Assembly (NCBI GenBank): GCA_951406725.2
Contig: OX597814.1
Coordinates: 187,426,001 to 187,490,000 of the forward strand
DNA length: 64,000 bases
Direction of reading: 5' to 3'
DNA from: Octopus vulgaris
Taxonomy: Eukaryota
Part shown: positions 41,380 to 55,406 of the stretch, one piece after another
How positions within the stretch are numbered: the first letter of the stretch is position 1
Layout: each line of letters starts with the position of its first letter
The notes under the pieces: generated by a model
Databases searched by the model: none
What the model saw: the letters and a program-made list of their open reading frames with translations, nothing else
Told to the model about the DNA's origin: nothing
Translations under genes and position numbers: made by a program

Positions 41380-43519
41380 GCATATTACCATTTGTGCAAA
41401 ATACACACACACACAGACACACACCCTGAATACTTTATCTGAAGTTTAAACAGGATGATTGGACGTCTTTCCGTAGCAATTTTCAAGACATGGTTCTGTT
41501 TCGTTTAATGCCCAATATCCACAAATTATTTATTTATTCAAAAAAAAACTTCCATGCACAAATTTTAAGACAAAACACTTACAAATACTTGACATAGTTT
41601 AATAGAAAGACCACAGAGTTTTATAGTTATGTGAATTATATTACATGCTACAGCTGCAATCCTTATCTGTCAACATTTACATTTGACTCTGTGAACAAGA
41701 ATAAGAGAATAGAAGGGAGAGAGGGAGAGAGAGAATGTGTATGTGCTTGTACACATGCATGTGCATGCAATGTATGTACAAAAACATACAAACAAGAAGA
41801 AAAGTCATGCTGCCTGCTGATTTTTCTATACACAAGTAAACAAAATGATTTATATCTGAATCTATGTAAAAATTATGATGAAACAACTATTTTAAGAAAA
41901 TAATACACAGAGAAAAATTATATTTTAAAAAAATAAACCAAAAAAGGAAGAATTTTTTTTTTTCTTTTTCTTATTTTATTTTCTGTTTCTTATGCAATTG
42001 TTGAAAAATATCTATTTCAAAAGAATTCAAGAGATTCTAAAACACAAAATTCAAAAACTGGAGAGAAAAAAAAAAAACATTGTTTCTAAGCTGAAAGTTT
42101 TAAAACGTCAAGGATTTTTACAATTGTACACTTTATTCAACGAAGCTAGTGGGAAGTGCAAAACATTATATACAGCAACAACAACAACAACAACATAACA
42201 TAACATAACATAACAAAGGTGGATGAGTGTGGTGGTGGTGGTGGGGGCGAGAATTATGTATGAAGTCAGTGAAAGGAAGCATAACTTTGAAAAATGTCAT
42301 CTATTATTAATGAAAGTTTCTTTTGTATTATTTCAAATTAAAAGCCCCTGAAAGTTATGTATGACTAGGATTTCATAATCTCACAGATGTGATAATGTAG
42401 CATTTACACCATCAAGAAGGTTTGAATACATGTGCGTGTGTGTGTGTGAGAGAGGTAGGAGATAGGGGAGGAGACACACACACACACATACATACACAGA
42501 GAAAATATGAAACATAAATAGATAAGTAGGTACAGACATATAGCAAGCAGATAAAGATGTTGAGGGGTGCTGAAAAAAAAGTGGGAATTATTGGTGGAGA
42601 ATCTCACATAAGATTTTTTTATAATTTTTTTTTTTTTTTAAAACGACAAATATCTTATTCATATCAATCCCACCAATTTAGGAGAGCCTGCAAAGGTCAT
42701 GGGCACCGCTGCCTTCTCTTACTAACTTAAATGAAAAAAATATCATATGTATTATTTTTGCATTTTTTTTTATACATATACAACATTCTTTATGTATAGA
42801 AAACAAACCACATGCCTACATGTGCATGCAGGTTAGTGACAGTAATATGATTATATATCTGTGTGTGTGTGTGAACAAGTAGTAATAAATTTTTAGTGAA
42901 ATTGAATCTACAAGAATCAGGTTCAATTCCTGCTCAGGTCATTTCACTTTGCTTATTCTTCCACAACTTCAGTTTTTGATTGTAACTTTTAGACTACTAC
43001 CTGAAATATTCAGAGATGACCCCAAAAAGTCATTACGGGTTACAGGACATTTCAGTTTTTATACTTGCAGCTGACAGTGTGGACAAGCAGACGGCTTACA
43101 GCTGAATGATCTGCACCTCATATTCTTGTCAATAGTTTTACAGTCTCTGTGAGCAAAGACAATTCTTATAATCAGTGGCTTAGGCCTTATAAATGTAAAC
43201 AGATATCACAAAGTGGTGCAGCTCCCTGCACTAGATAGCATTATAAGCAGTAAGCAGCACGATAAACTGAGAAACCCTCCCCTGAGGACAGCAGTGCACT
43301 CCACCAGACAATGTGTTCAGTGATTCTTTTGTATAACATACATGTGTGTCTGTGAGAAGGAGAAAGAGAGAGAGAGGTGCTTATTCACTTAGCAAATAAA
43401 GATTTCAAGAATAGGAAGTGCTATGTATCTGCAGCAGGTTCATGGTAGCAGTGCTGATTTGTACCTTCTTGGGAAATACAAACTGAACCGTCAACATGAT
43501 ATTCAGACAGGCTCAACAT

Positions 43520-43540
43520 CTGTGTGTGTGTGTGTGTGTG

Positions 43541-43608
<68 letters not shown>
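43520..43608. repeat. (TG)n(GA)n compound microsatellite
   Basis: Directly visible. Confidence 0.95.
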
Positions 43609-43612
<4 letters not shown>

Positions 43613-43823
43613 GGGCAGGCAGACAAAACTGGACCTCCAAATTATAAGCAAGATCTTCTATCCAACAGGCTCCCACACTGTTTCCAGCTATTGGCTCTGA
43701 TTAATCTGACCTCACATGAGGAAGCATCTATGCTGAAGTTTCATTTAGTAAGACTGAATTTGAAGAAAATTTCTGAATCATTTGACAATGAACTCATATA
43801 AACTTGCTAAGACCTATGCACAC

Positions 43824-44557
43824 TGTTACGACCTAGTGGCCATAACCTGAATTTACGCAACCAACAAGGAAGGGGTGAACCCAAAACAGCAACACACCAT
43901 GAAGTTTTTTGTAAAATATTATTAACAATTAAGTGTCAGCATAAAAAAAACAGCCTACATACAAAACAAATATATACGAACAAAAATAAATTAATGCTAC
44001 ACTAGACGTGCAGTCAAAATATTTATAAAGGTAATATATATAGTTCAGAAATTCAGACTCAGAAACCCAGCTTCACCAACTTGATTTCACAAACTTGGAT
44101 TTGTAACTCTGGATTCACAAATTCTGGTTTCACCAAAATTGGCCTCACAAATTTGGTTTTCAAAAAGTATGGATTCCGAATATTTGGATTTCATAAAATC
44201 TGGCTTCACAAATTTGGTTTTTGAACCTTGGATTTTGAACCTTGGACCCAGATGTAACACAGAAATTATTTTAAAACCGACAAGCAAAAAGTTCTGATGA
44301 ATTCCTGGAGCATAAAAATAATTCCATAAATGCCTTACACAAAGCACAAAAGGCATAAACTAAACAGGCAATCATAGCTTCCAAAATCCAATTGAACCAT
44401 GTCTCATAGAAAAAAAACTGTCACCAAAAAACTGGGGTACAATTATCTCTGCTTATAAAGGTTTGCTAAGGTCTAGCCAATTTGTTAGAATTTCACAGTC
44501 TGGCTATTAACACCTAGCTTCCCCCAATTTGACAATGGACTTCATCCTGACCTTACA
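43824..44557 (-). mobile_element. Probable solo LTR (734 bp, Gypsy-like) with an internal ~15-bp minisatellite
   Basis: TG...CA ends with imperfect inverted termini (TGTAAGGTC / GTCGTAACA on minus). TATA-like box near 44455; 3' end ttttgggttc...cgtaaca; degenerate tcacaaatttggatt repeats 44085-44245. TSD is not clean. Confidence 0.55.
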
Positions 44558-44649
44558 GTGCAGTATGAAAAAATGTCTGTTTACCAGTTTAACTTAACAT
44601 TATATGATAAAACATTTTTATTGTTTTTATAATTTCCTAACAACACATA

Positions 44650-44895
44650 CACACCATCTTCACTCAGGCATTCACCTCTAACTCTTCTTATTACCCTCGT
44701 TGTATCCAACCCCTCAAGCTCTACATTAATCACTATAGCCAGCCTTTCTTTTTCAGAATGTTGACCCTCTAGAATTCTTTCCTAGCTTACATCATCCAAG
44801 AGGAGTATTAATGGCATCAATCTTACTAGTCTTAAAGAGCCTGCAAAAGGCCATGGGCACTGCCCCTTCCTCTAAAACTCAGCAAGTAAAATAAT
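44650..44895 (+). mobile_element. LINE (CR1/Jockey-like) 3'-end fragment
   Basis: INHYSQPFFFRMLTL*NSF resembles the SFFxRxxxxWNxLP motif. Tail gagcctgcaaaaggccatgggcac is shared with 42665-42740. Confidence 0.5.
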
Positions 44896-45852
44896 ATATA
44901 CATTCCAGTCATGACAGTTCTGGATTTTTATTTCCTTTCTTTCTCCATTGGCATCCAAGACTACAATATCTAATATATACTATTATCAAGGTGGTAGGAT
45001 ATGATTTGAGAGTGATTTGGCTGCTATTTTGAGTAGTCCAAGCGACCATGTAAAGGCTCCCCTGTGTGCATGTTATTTTCTTCACATTAAATTTGTGTAT
45101 ATGCCTATGAATATGCACACACATACGCACACACACAAGTGAAAATATTACAATTTACAAAGAAAATTGCAATAACTGTTGGCTCTACTGCTCTGCTAGC
45201 TGAAGGAGTATGTTGCTTATCATCTACATAATACAATTACTTTGTATACTGGAAGTCTCTGCATTGTCATATATATATATATATATATATATATATCATG
45301 TGAATCTGCTTGAATTTACCCTACAACTCAACCCAAGGACTTTGCAACAGTAATCAATATCCAGTGATGATATTACACTTCTAATACAAGATGTGTAAGA
45401 GTGTGTGGATGACTAAGCCGATATAGGTACTGGGCACTAACAAAATGGTTAATGTCTCAAATTTCATAACCAGCATTGTATCATGTCCAGGACCAAAACA
45501 TCTAAATTGCTAAATACAATAGATATCACAAGTTGGTAGAATTCACCACTGTTACAGATGCAGCAATATGGTTATACTGAATGATTTATAAGCTTGCAGC
45601 GCTGAGTTCAATTTCTCTATCAAGTATAAAAAGAGTTACCTGAGTTAGATCAGCCTAGTATCCACGGGAAGATTTATTTTTTATCTACTTAACTAGAGAT
45701 ATAAGCATTAGTTCTATAGATTTTTGATATTAAGGAATTACTGAAGGCCAAAATGCTGGACCTTACAAAGGAGATGACAGTAGACTGAAATATGTGGCAC
45801 ATTGCTGTACTCAAGAAGTCTTGCCCACCACAACAATTGAAGTCCTAAAACC

Positions 45853-46075
45853 AAGGTGCCATGTAAAAAGCACTCATGCTGGTGCCATGTGAAAAGCACT
45901 GATGATGGTGCCTCATAAAAAGCATCCAGTACACTCTATAGAGTGGTTGGCATTAGGAAGGGCATCTGGCTGTAGAAACCATGCCAAAACAGACTATGGA
46001 ACCTGGTGGGCCTTGCCAGTTCTTGTCGAACCACCCAACCCATGCCAGCTTGGAAAACTGATGATGCTTGAAGAT
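45853..46075 (+). mobile_element. RTE 3'-end copy (diverged)
   Basis: Repeated ggtgccatgtaaaaagcac units, then gtggttggcattaggaagggcatc. Confidence 0.7.
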
Positions 46076-46271
46076 GGAGACACATATAACTAAATTTAAA
46101 GGCAAATAGTGTTGGCTGAATAGGAAAATAGTTAACGCATATACCTGGTAAACAAGACATGTGACTTGTAATGTATGTGCAAGTGTGCTGAGAGGAGGAG
46201 AAGGGAGGAGAGCGAGGAGAGAGTGGGGAGAGAAGAGAGAGAGAAAGAGAGCAAGGGGGTGTTGTATTGAA

Positions 46272-46309
<38 letters not shown>

Positions 46310-46327
46310 TTCAGTGTACACACATAT

Positions 46328-46360
<33 letters not shown>

Positions 46361-46928
46361 AAGATATACACAATTAGCTGATTTAAAAGGAAGAAGAAAA
46401 AAAAGAATATGAAAATGAAATGAATAAAAGTAATTTTGTATTTTCAGAAAGACCTATTACCAATTGTCCATATCTAGATGAAGAAGAAGAGGCAAATTAT
46501 TTTCTGTTTCGATTAATCTTTGAGGAAACAATCAGTATTGATTGAGAAGAGTTGTTGACATGGAATGAAAGATCTAGGTTAAAGTCAGAACAAGGTTATC
46601 CTGGCATGGAACTAAACAGCTAAAAGAAGCTTTTCTGATGTAGATATTATTTCTGAATAGAATCTGTCTCTTATTGGATCTGAAGCTAACAGTCACTTTA
46701 ATTATAATTTTGCTGTCTTCATTGCTGCCTGTATGCGCTTTCTTCCTGATAATCAACATTACTCTGTTAAGTCTTGGCTTTAACAAAACTGATGGTTATA
46801 ACTCAAAAGATGCGATACAAAAGTGTGTGTGTGCGTGTGCACATGCTTGCTTATGTTCATTTTCAAATGGGAAATTTTCAATGTGTGCAACAGATGAATA
46901 TTCCCTCAAAAGAGATAAAGAACAGATA

Positions 46929-47090
46929 CAGGCATGGCTGTGTGGTAAGAAGTTTGCTTTCTAATCACATGGTTTCGGGTTCAATCCCATTGCGTCATGC
47001 CTTGGATAAGTATCTTCCACTATAGTCCTGGGCTGATCAAAACCTTGTGAGTGGATTTGGTAGATGAAAATAGAAAGAAATCTTTCATAT
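46929..47090 (+). mobile_element. tRNA-SINE head
   Basis: ggcatggctgtgtggtaagaagtttgc...gggttcaatccc...gtgagtggatttggtag. Confidence 0.8.
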
Positions 47091-47124
47091 ACACATGTGT
47101 GTGGATCTGTGTTTATAAATATAT

Positions 47125-47625
47125 TAACAGATTGTCCAAAAAGTTACTGATGGGTTTCAATTTTTAGTAACTTCCTTAACTTTACAAATAAATACATGAA
47201 ATTTTGATACAAAGTGAAGGACATAATAAAAATTAATATGCATATGTCAAATTTTGCAACACCACTACATCACATGAAAAATGACATTGCTTAAATGGCA
47301 GCCATTTTTGGCTTAGCACACCTGTGCTCTTTTCGAAACTTGCATCATAACACCCTCAAGAGTTTCAGACCCCACTTCTCTGGTTTCTCTATTAATGTTC
47401 TCTTTCAGTTGCACAAGGGTCTCTAGTTTGTTGATGCAAACCCTTTCTTTCAGGTATCCCCACAAAAAAAAAAAGATGTAGGTTAGTCAAGTCTGGGATA
47501 TGTGAAGACCATTCAAAGTAGATCTCACATGATTCCAGCAAGATGGGGCAACTGCTTGTACTGCAAGAGAAACAATGCAGTTGATATGGCAGTGCTTTGG
47601 AGAGAGAATAATCTCCCACTGCAGC
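47125..47625 (-). mobile_element. Tc1/mariner transposase 3' remnant with terminal repeat
   Basis: EWSSHIPDLTNLHLFF matches the WPxxSPDLxPxDFFLWG motif. Terminal acagattgtccaaaaagt resembles a Tc1-like TIR. Confidence 0.65.
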
Positions 47626-49096
47626 AATGTCAATAATTTAAGTAAGAAATAATTTAGGTAAAAAAAAATAATAGAGGGACTAGCATCATATTTAGAGATT
47701 ACTTCAATTAGTCTAAAATATTAGGAAAATATAAGTTCTTTACAATTGGTTAACTTTAGTTTGCAGTTAAATTTTCCTTCCCTTAGACAAATTTTTATCA
47801 CCTTGGCTCTTGCACTAACTGTTCCTAAAACAATTGACTTAATGTAGATGAGATGAATAGTTTTACACATAATAAACTCCTTTATTATAACAGTTGCTTC
47901 AATCACTTATGAGAAAATTTTGCGTTTCTGGGAGACTTAAAATTTTCAGTACAGCATCAAAATTAAACAGACATGTTCTCTTTAAATCAATCAAAAGTAT
48001 TTCAATATTGAGCAAATGTTCAATCTCTACAGAACCCAAATTTATTTCATTATAAAGTACTGCCCCACCACCACCGCAATTGCAACCACCATCACCAAAT
48101 GGTATTTGTCTATTATTTGGATCCCCGATGACAAACAGAAAAAGGTTCCCTGTTGAAAACATTCAAATGATTGTGTTTTGTTTCTGCTCTTTTTAAAATT
48201 ATTTTTTAAAAACTATCTGTAAAAGATTTTTGTAATATGTCAGCTTTACTTTCACTCAAACTTACCAATTATATCCACTTCTCAACTTCTCATTGCCTTA
48301 TAATAGTTTTCTTCCCCTAAAGCCCAAACCAATAATTACAGCAGTTATTCATTTCAAACACTGATACCCACAGGACCGCCTTACTTATAATGTGTTCACA
48401 CAAGACGCTGACTTCCAACTCTTTAAGCTTTATATTAACAACAATCTCACTCATGAACTACACACTTTTCGTTCAACATAGACCTGAAGACCTATGAGCT
48501 ACAGCTGATATTTAGACATAGAATACAAAACATTGGGATTGATGGATTTTTAGTTAACTAACTATTTTGGGGCCAAACAACAACTAGTAACAAACACAAA
48601 TTTAAATTAATACAGAATTAATATGAGTGTAAATAAGGACATTTGAGAAAAACTAAACCATAATATTTTATGTATTTACAGTTCAAATCCAAAAGATATT
48701 CAGTCACAAAGTAAGGAAAAAAATTCAAACAATAAATATATTATCAGTTGCTGCTATAATTATAGACATTTTTCTTGATATATGTGACCAGCATGGGCAA
48801 TTAATAATTGTATATGTTAACTTTAAAAATATCTAACTTATTTATTATAAAGAGGACTGTAATAAAATGGAAACTGAATTATTATTATATAATACTAATT
48901 TGAGCTAGTATTGGCATTTTTCTTAATAACTACAGATATTTTTCTAAATAAATGTGACTAGTATGGACAATTAATAGCAGTAACCATTAGCTTTGAAAAT
49001 ATCTAACTTATTAAAATGATCATTGCCAACATGGTCATTGTCATCATGTTTGCATGGATCAAATGGAATTTACTCAGGCAGAAGATTTTCCACAGC

Positions 49097-49502
49097 CTTT
49101 TACTTGTTTCAGTCATTTGACTGTGGCCATGCTGGAGCACCGCCTTTAGTCGAGCAAATCGATCCCAGGACTTATTCTTTGTAAGCCTAATACTTACTTA
49201 TTCTATCGGTCTCTTTTGCTGAACCGCTAAGTTACGGGGGATGTAAACACACCAACATTGGTTGTCAAGCAATGTTGGGAGGGACAAACACAGACACACA
49301 CACACATACATATATATATAGATATATACATATATACGACGGGCTTCTTTCAGTTTCCATCTACCAAATCCACTCACAAGGTTTTGGTCAGCCCGAGGCT
49401 ATAGTAGATGACACTTGCCCAAGGTGCCGCACAGTGGGACTGAACCCGGAACCATGTGGTTGGTAAGCAAGCTGCTTACCACACAGCCACTCCTACGCCT
49501 AT
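49097..49502 (-). mobile_element. Young full-length tRNA-SINE
   Basis: Head ggcgtaggagtggctgtgtggtaag...gggttcagtccc, internal (TA)/(TG) tract, tail ccagcatggccacagtcaaatgactgaaacaagtaaaa; CpG-rich. Confidence 0.9.
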
Positions 49503-50434
49503 AAATCTTGGTTTATAAATCTTAGGTAATATTTCACCATGAAAGACTGGAAACGTACAAATCACTTGTATGTTAGTGATGCTCATTTACAATCATCGCA
49601 TGATGTCAAGATAAAGTACACACAAACACACAATGGGCCTCCTGAGCCCCTAAATCTATCCACAAAGCTCCAGTGAACCTGGGGCCCCTGGCAGAAGACA
49701 TCTGCCAAAGATACTGCATAGTAGGGACTAAACCCAACACTACATGGTTTGAAAGCAAGATTCTCAACTGCACTTCCATTCCAACTATTGTATAAATAGT
49801 AAAGAGAACAGGAGTAAAATGGAAATTTAATTATTATTAGCAACACACAGCACTGATTCAAATATGAATAAAGCTTTCAAACCAGCTCGATAACTATTAT
49901 AGTCAAAACTTCATCACTAATATGCAATTACCACATTAACCACTAAGTTATTAATAGTAACAGTTAATTTACATATCTTATAAAGCTTATAATTTGATAT
50001 TATTTCACTAGCCTTCTTAAAGCAGTGTATCCACTTCTCTTATTTACTCTCTTTTGACAGAAATTTTTTTTTTTTTTTTTTGGAAGGTTTAAAAACTTCA
50101 ACTTATCCATAGTACTAACTTTTAACCTTTTAGCATCCAGATTGCTCTATCAATGTAATGCTTATTTATTCACACTGTTTTGAATGAATCATACATTATC
50201 TCATAGCTTCAAGATCTTGATGATGTGATTGATTATTTTTTAAATTACGTTGTAGGATAGATGTAAAAGACTAGATCTGGTCAGTCTGAACATAAAATGG
50301 TAGAATATTTTAACTGGGCATGGCCAGTTTAAATGTTAAAGGGGTAGCAGACAAGAACTTGAGACATTCTTATTTCTTCAATAGGTACTTTATTTGCCTC
50401 AGTGAAAATAACTGCTAATATTTGAGTACTGATA

Positions 50435-50755
50435 AGGTGGCAAGCTGGCAGAATTGTTACAACGCTGGGCAAAATGTTTTGTGGCATTTTGTCTGTTTTT
50501 ATGTTCTTAGTTCAAATTCCACCAAGACCAACTTTGCCTTTCATCCTTTAGGGGTACAAAAATAAGTACCAGTTGACTACAGGGGATCAATGTAATTGAT
50601 TTATCACCTCAACAAAACTTTCTGGCCTTGTGCTAAAATCTTAAATCAATATGTTAGAGCTGATATTCCACTAAGATTGGGTGGGTGGGGGGGCAATGTA
50701 ATTGACTTACTCCCTTCCGTAGAACTGCTGACCTTGTGTCAAAATTTGAAATCAA
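50435..50755 (+). mobile_element. Nin/Deu-core SINE with a second tail
   Basis: ggcaagctggcagaattgtt...gttcaaattcc...actttgcctttcatcctttagggg...aagtaccagttg. Same family as 3605, 54800 and 62560. Confidence 0.75.
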
Positions 50756-51811
50756 TATTTTAGTGCTGATAATCCCCAAACAGGGCATCAATATCAATCC
50801 CAACCAATTCCAGAATCTAATCCTCTTTCCATCTACATAGCTTAAAACTGAAGTTACTTTCCCATGAATGCAATCTTGTATGTTATGCAGCACTCTGTAG
50901 TAGAAGCTGGCTAATGAATTTCTAAGTAGTTTTCCAACTTATTTAACAGTTGAACACGAATCTCAGATGAAACAATTAGCCACACTTTGTCAATATGTGC
51001 AGCAGTCACCTTTCTTATTTTTTTATCAAGCTCTATTATTTTTCCGACATGTTTGCTTATACTCCAACGACCATGAAAAACAGCATTAGCATTAAAGTTT
51101 GCCACTATCCAATAAAATAAAATCTAAGGGGGTTTTAAGGCTAGCCATGATGTCAAAAAAATAAAAAGGAATAATACAAAATCCTCTCCTTTTTATAATA
51201 CATATTCATGTTAACATGAAGTATACTATAGGATATAATTTCTACATAGGTGTTACAACATTAGCTTAATATTTAACTAAAGGAAAAAGAAAACCAATGT
51301 AAAAATATATATCAACCGCTGCTTTTGTAAATACATAAGTGAGGCTTCGTATCGGGTTAAAGAGGTATCCAGCTATGCAATTTTCTAAGAAAACATTATG
51401 CTGAGAGCATAGTAAATGAATCATCCTAATTTTCATTGACTACTTAAAAACAGAGAGGACAGGTTTTCAGAAATAAATAAAAAGACAGCATTTCAACATT
51501 TCTATGTGTATCATCACCATCATTGTTATTTAATCTCTCTTTTCCAGGCTGGCATGAGTTATATGTTTGAGGAGCTGATGAGCTAGAGGACTGCACCAAA
51601 CTCCAATGTCTGCTCTGGCATGGTTTCTATAACTTGATGCCCTCCCTAATGCCAATCATTTCACAGAGTGTATTGGGTGCCGTATACTACTACTACTACT
51701 ACCACTACTACAACTACAACTACTACTACTACTACAACTACAACTACAACTACTGCTATTATTACTACTACATCATCGTCGTCGTCATTATTATTATTAT
51801 TATTTTTATAT

Positions 51812-52580
51812 ACACTCAACAGATTACACTGTTGTAAAAAAAAGAACCCTAACATCGGACTACAAGTAAACTTAGATGCCAAAAACCCTCCTACCGGGCT
51901 ACAACAAGTAACCTTAGATGCCAAGAACCCTTCTAAGTATCCTAGCTGTCCCTCATAACACTGTTTTCTGGAGCTGTACTAAATTGGGCTTTACACCTAT
52001 TTCCTCTATCCATCTGTTCAGATCTTTAGGGACAGTTCTCAATGCACCTATAACTACTGGGATACATTTTACCTGCACTTACCATAGTTTCTGTAATTCA
52101 ATAGCTAGGTCCTGGTACTTTGTATTTTTTCTATACTACTCATATTAAGGTTTTCATCATTTGGGACTGTAAAGTCAATTATCAGGCACTTCTCTTTATC
52201 TACTACTATAAAATCAGGCCTTCTAGCTTCTATTACTCTGTCAGTCTGAATGTTAAAGACCCACAGCAACTTATATTTCTTACTTTCTAGTAATTTACTA
52301 GGTTCATGTTCATACCATTTATTAGTATGTTCAAATTCTAGCTCTCTGCATATCTCCCAGTGGATTACTCACCCTAGATTGTCATGTCTTTTCTTGTTAT
52401 TCTTTGTGCCAGCATGCTACACTCACTATATGAGTAATGCTTTCCCTTTTTGATTAGCATAATCTACACTGGAAATCTACTTGGTTTTTGTCTATCTTGG
52501 CTTTTATCCAATCAGTCATTAATGCTTGATCTTGTGCAGCTACTAACAAACTTGTGTCCCCTTTATGCGACCATAACCAA
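51812..52580 (-). mobile_element. R4/Dong-clade LINE 3' fragment (CCHC knuckle plus restriction-like endonuclease)
   Basis: AAQDQALMTDWIKAKI, CRLC..ESITHIVS, RHDNLG, WYEHEP, NIQTDRVIEARRPD, CLIIDFTVP, KYQDLAIELQKLW, IPVVIGAL, GTARILRRVLGI* (stop 51914-51916). Flanked by (TAC/TAT)n tracts 51684-51805 and 52580-52683. Confidence 0.9.
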
Positions 52581-52638
52581 TAACTACTACTACTACTACT
52601 ACCACCACCACCACCACCACCACCACCACTACCACCAT

Positions 52639-52682
<44 letters not shown>

Positions 52683-53329
52683 TTTAGCATCCATTTTCCA
52701 TGCTAACATGGGTTAGACAGTTTGACTGGAACTGATAAACCAGAGAGCTATACCAAGCTTCAGTCTGATTTTGGCTTGGTTTCTACAGCTGGATACCCTT
52801 CATAATGCCCCCCCCCCCACAGAATTAATGCTTTTATATGTCTCTCTAAAAGCAAATTATAATTGAAATTATCTACCATTTCATCTACCTTATTGTTTTA
52901 ATTGTCTTTTAATTATTGTCTTAATTTTCTTAGATCAGTTTTTAAGCAGTTCAACTTATGTAATTATCATTCATTGGATAGGCTGTACCAATAATTTAAA
53001 GATCCAGTTTTATCACACACCATATTATATTGATTCTGCCTGAAGATTACATTAGATTACAGGTATCTGTGGAATACTCAAGCATTTACATGCTAATTCA
53101 TTGAGCACGTACTTAACATCACTTGATCAAACAATTCAATACTTATTGTCAAATCACCAAAACTGAGACACGCACAAATGTGCACATGCATGCACACACG
53201 CACACACACACACACGTCTGTGTATTAGAATTAGCTACTGTTCTTTCAGTGAATGCCTTTTTGGCAGAAAGCTTCATGTTTTGTACTGCAAAGGCATTCA
53301 CCAGAAGTCATGTGATACATGAGAGTATG

Positions 53330-53565
53330 ATATTTCCTCCATGTGTATCACAAGCCTACTGGTGTCAACATGTGATGAGTATGAAGGAAGACAGCTATAT
53401 AAAGAAGTACAGGGCATTCAAAATTTAAGGAGCCTGTGGAAGAGATAGACTCAAGGGCACATGAGGTAAAATGGTGAAAACTGATCCGAAGATGTTGAGT
53501 TTTACAGAAGAGGTGACAAAGGACCAAGATAATTAGTGACACGTAGTGTTGGAGAAGCCCCATCT
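53330..53565 (+). mobile_element. RTE C-terminal remnant
   Basis: YWCQHVMSMKEDSYIKKYR parallels CWYGHVLRIDKESCVKKC at 58755. Confidence 0.6.
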
Positions 53566-53958
53566 ATGGTAAAACACGAACAGGAAATAATGATAGAACC
53601 TGGGCAGCATCTATATTTGGGTCTTTCACTCAACAGTCCCATTTAAGTCTACATCTGCTGTTTCTTCAGTCTCTCTGATGTCCTCTCATCCCCCCAATCA
53701 CTCTCTCTATGTATCTATTTATCTCTCTCTCTCTCTCTCTCTCTCATACACACACACACTCAGTAGTGTAAGTCCCAACATTCAAATGGTGGGTAGGGCT
53801 GACTTGTGGTTTGTGTAGAGTGACTTGTAAGGAAGTCCCTTGCAGATATTAAGACCCATAGAGATGTCATCACCAATGAGGAGACCAAACTTGAGATGTT
53901 TGTCAGAGTGAAATGGGTCTAGGAAGTGGTCTTACTCAGTTATGAGCTGAGTTGAACA

Positions 53959-54028
<70 letters not shown>

Positions 54029-54623
54029 AGAAACCTTGATGTTTAAAACCTATAAATCAATGTTAGCTAAAATCTATACATATACACAGTAGTTGCATAA
54101 TAGTACCGAAACAACAAAACACTAATGGTACACCAATAATTTAATTATCAGTTTATACTTAAGCTCTTAGTAACAACAGATTTATAACCAATGTCTCTGT
54201 GGACAGTTAAAAAGGGTCCTCAATCACTGATTGTAATTCCAACACAAGACTGAAACTAGTATGGTTGATACCTCATTTTTTTTGTCCACAAATAGAATAT
54301 ATGAAGACAAATATACACGCGTACATATACATATGTATTTATATATGTATATACTTATAGCTGTTATGATCAATCCGTGAAGTGGTGGCAATTTGTTCTA
54401 TGTAGGCGTAAGGATATAAACAGATAAAAATCTCACAAATAAAATGAATAAGAGTATGAAGCAAAGAGGAGACAAACAAACAATACATTGAATATATTGA
54501 ATTACCAAAAAAACAGAGCTTTTTTGCTAAAACTATAAATCTATGAAATGTTACAGTCTGCACGGTAGTTATCATTAACTCATATTCATTCCTCTTAGGA
54601 TTTCTGGGTCTTGATCTTTGAGT

Positions 54624-54658
<35 letters not shown>

Positions 54659-54799
54659 CTGAAAAAGTGGCTGCACAGGCCACTAGACTGACCTAAATAA
54701 ACCACTATACTCAACACTTGTATTCAGTATTTCTTTTCTAAATCATTTAATAAAGATACATATACATACAACTACATAAGAATATAAATATGTACAAAA

Positions 54800-55015
54800 A
54801 GGCAATGAACTGGCAGAATGGTTAGCATACTGGGCGAAATGCTTAGTAGTGTTTTGTCCATCTTTATGTTCTGATTTCAAATTCTGCTGCGGTCAACTTT
54901 GCCGTTCATCTTTCTGAGGTCAATAAAATAAGTACCAGTTGAACACTGGAGTCAATTTAATCAACTTAGCCCCACACTGGACTTGCCAGCCTTGAGCCAA
55001 AATTTGTAACTAATA
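54800..55015 (+). mobile_element. Nin/Deu-core SINE
   Basis: ggcaatgaactggcagaatggttagc...gcggtcaactttgccgttcatctttctgaggtcaataaaataagtaccagttg. Confidence 0.8.
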
Positions 55016-55406
55016 TAAATATGCACAAGCACATTTGCACACATAAAAGCAGGGCATGGAACTGCAAACAAAACAAAAAAGAAGGGGAGTCAAAATGATC
55101 GACCATACTCTTAGGAAAATGGCACAGCACTGGTAAGGCTCTAAGTAACTGAGACCCAATACTATGCCACTCCTCACATCCCTGACTTGCAGGCTTCATG
55201 GAGTCCTTGACATCATGTGATTGATAAGCATCCTACTCACTACTCCTTGATGGTACTCCAGATGCAGCAGACCAGGGTGTTCAAACCAAGAGAATGTACA
55301 AGAGGAATCAGAAGTAGCATGAAAGACAGAAGACTGAACTGGTATGGGCATGTGATGCATATTGGATAACAAGAGCTGCATGAAAAGAGCTGAACACGAG
55401 AAGTGT

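Noticed and set aside
44085-44245. CRISPR-like or coding repeat array
   Set aside because: Degenerate head-to-tail 15-mers without spacers, in a eukaryotic repeat element.
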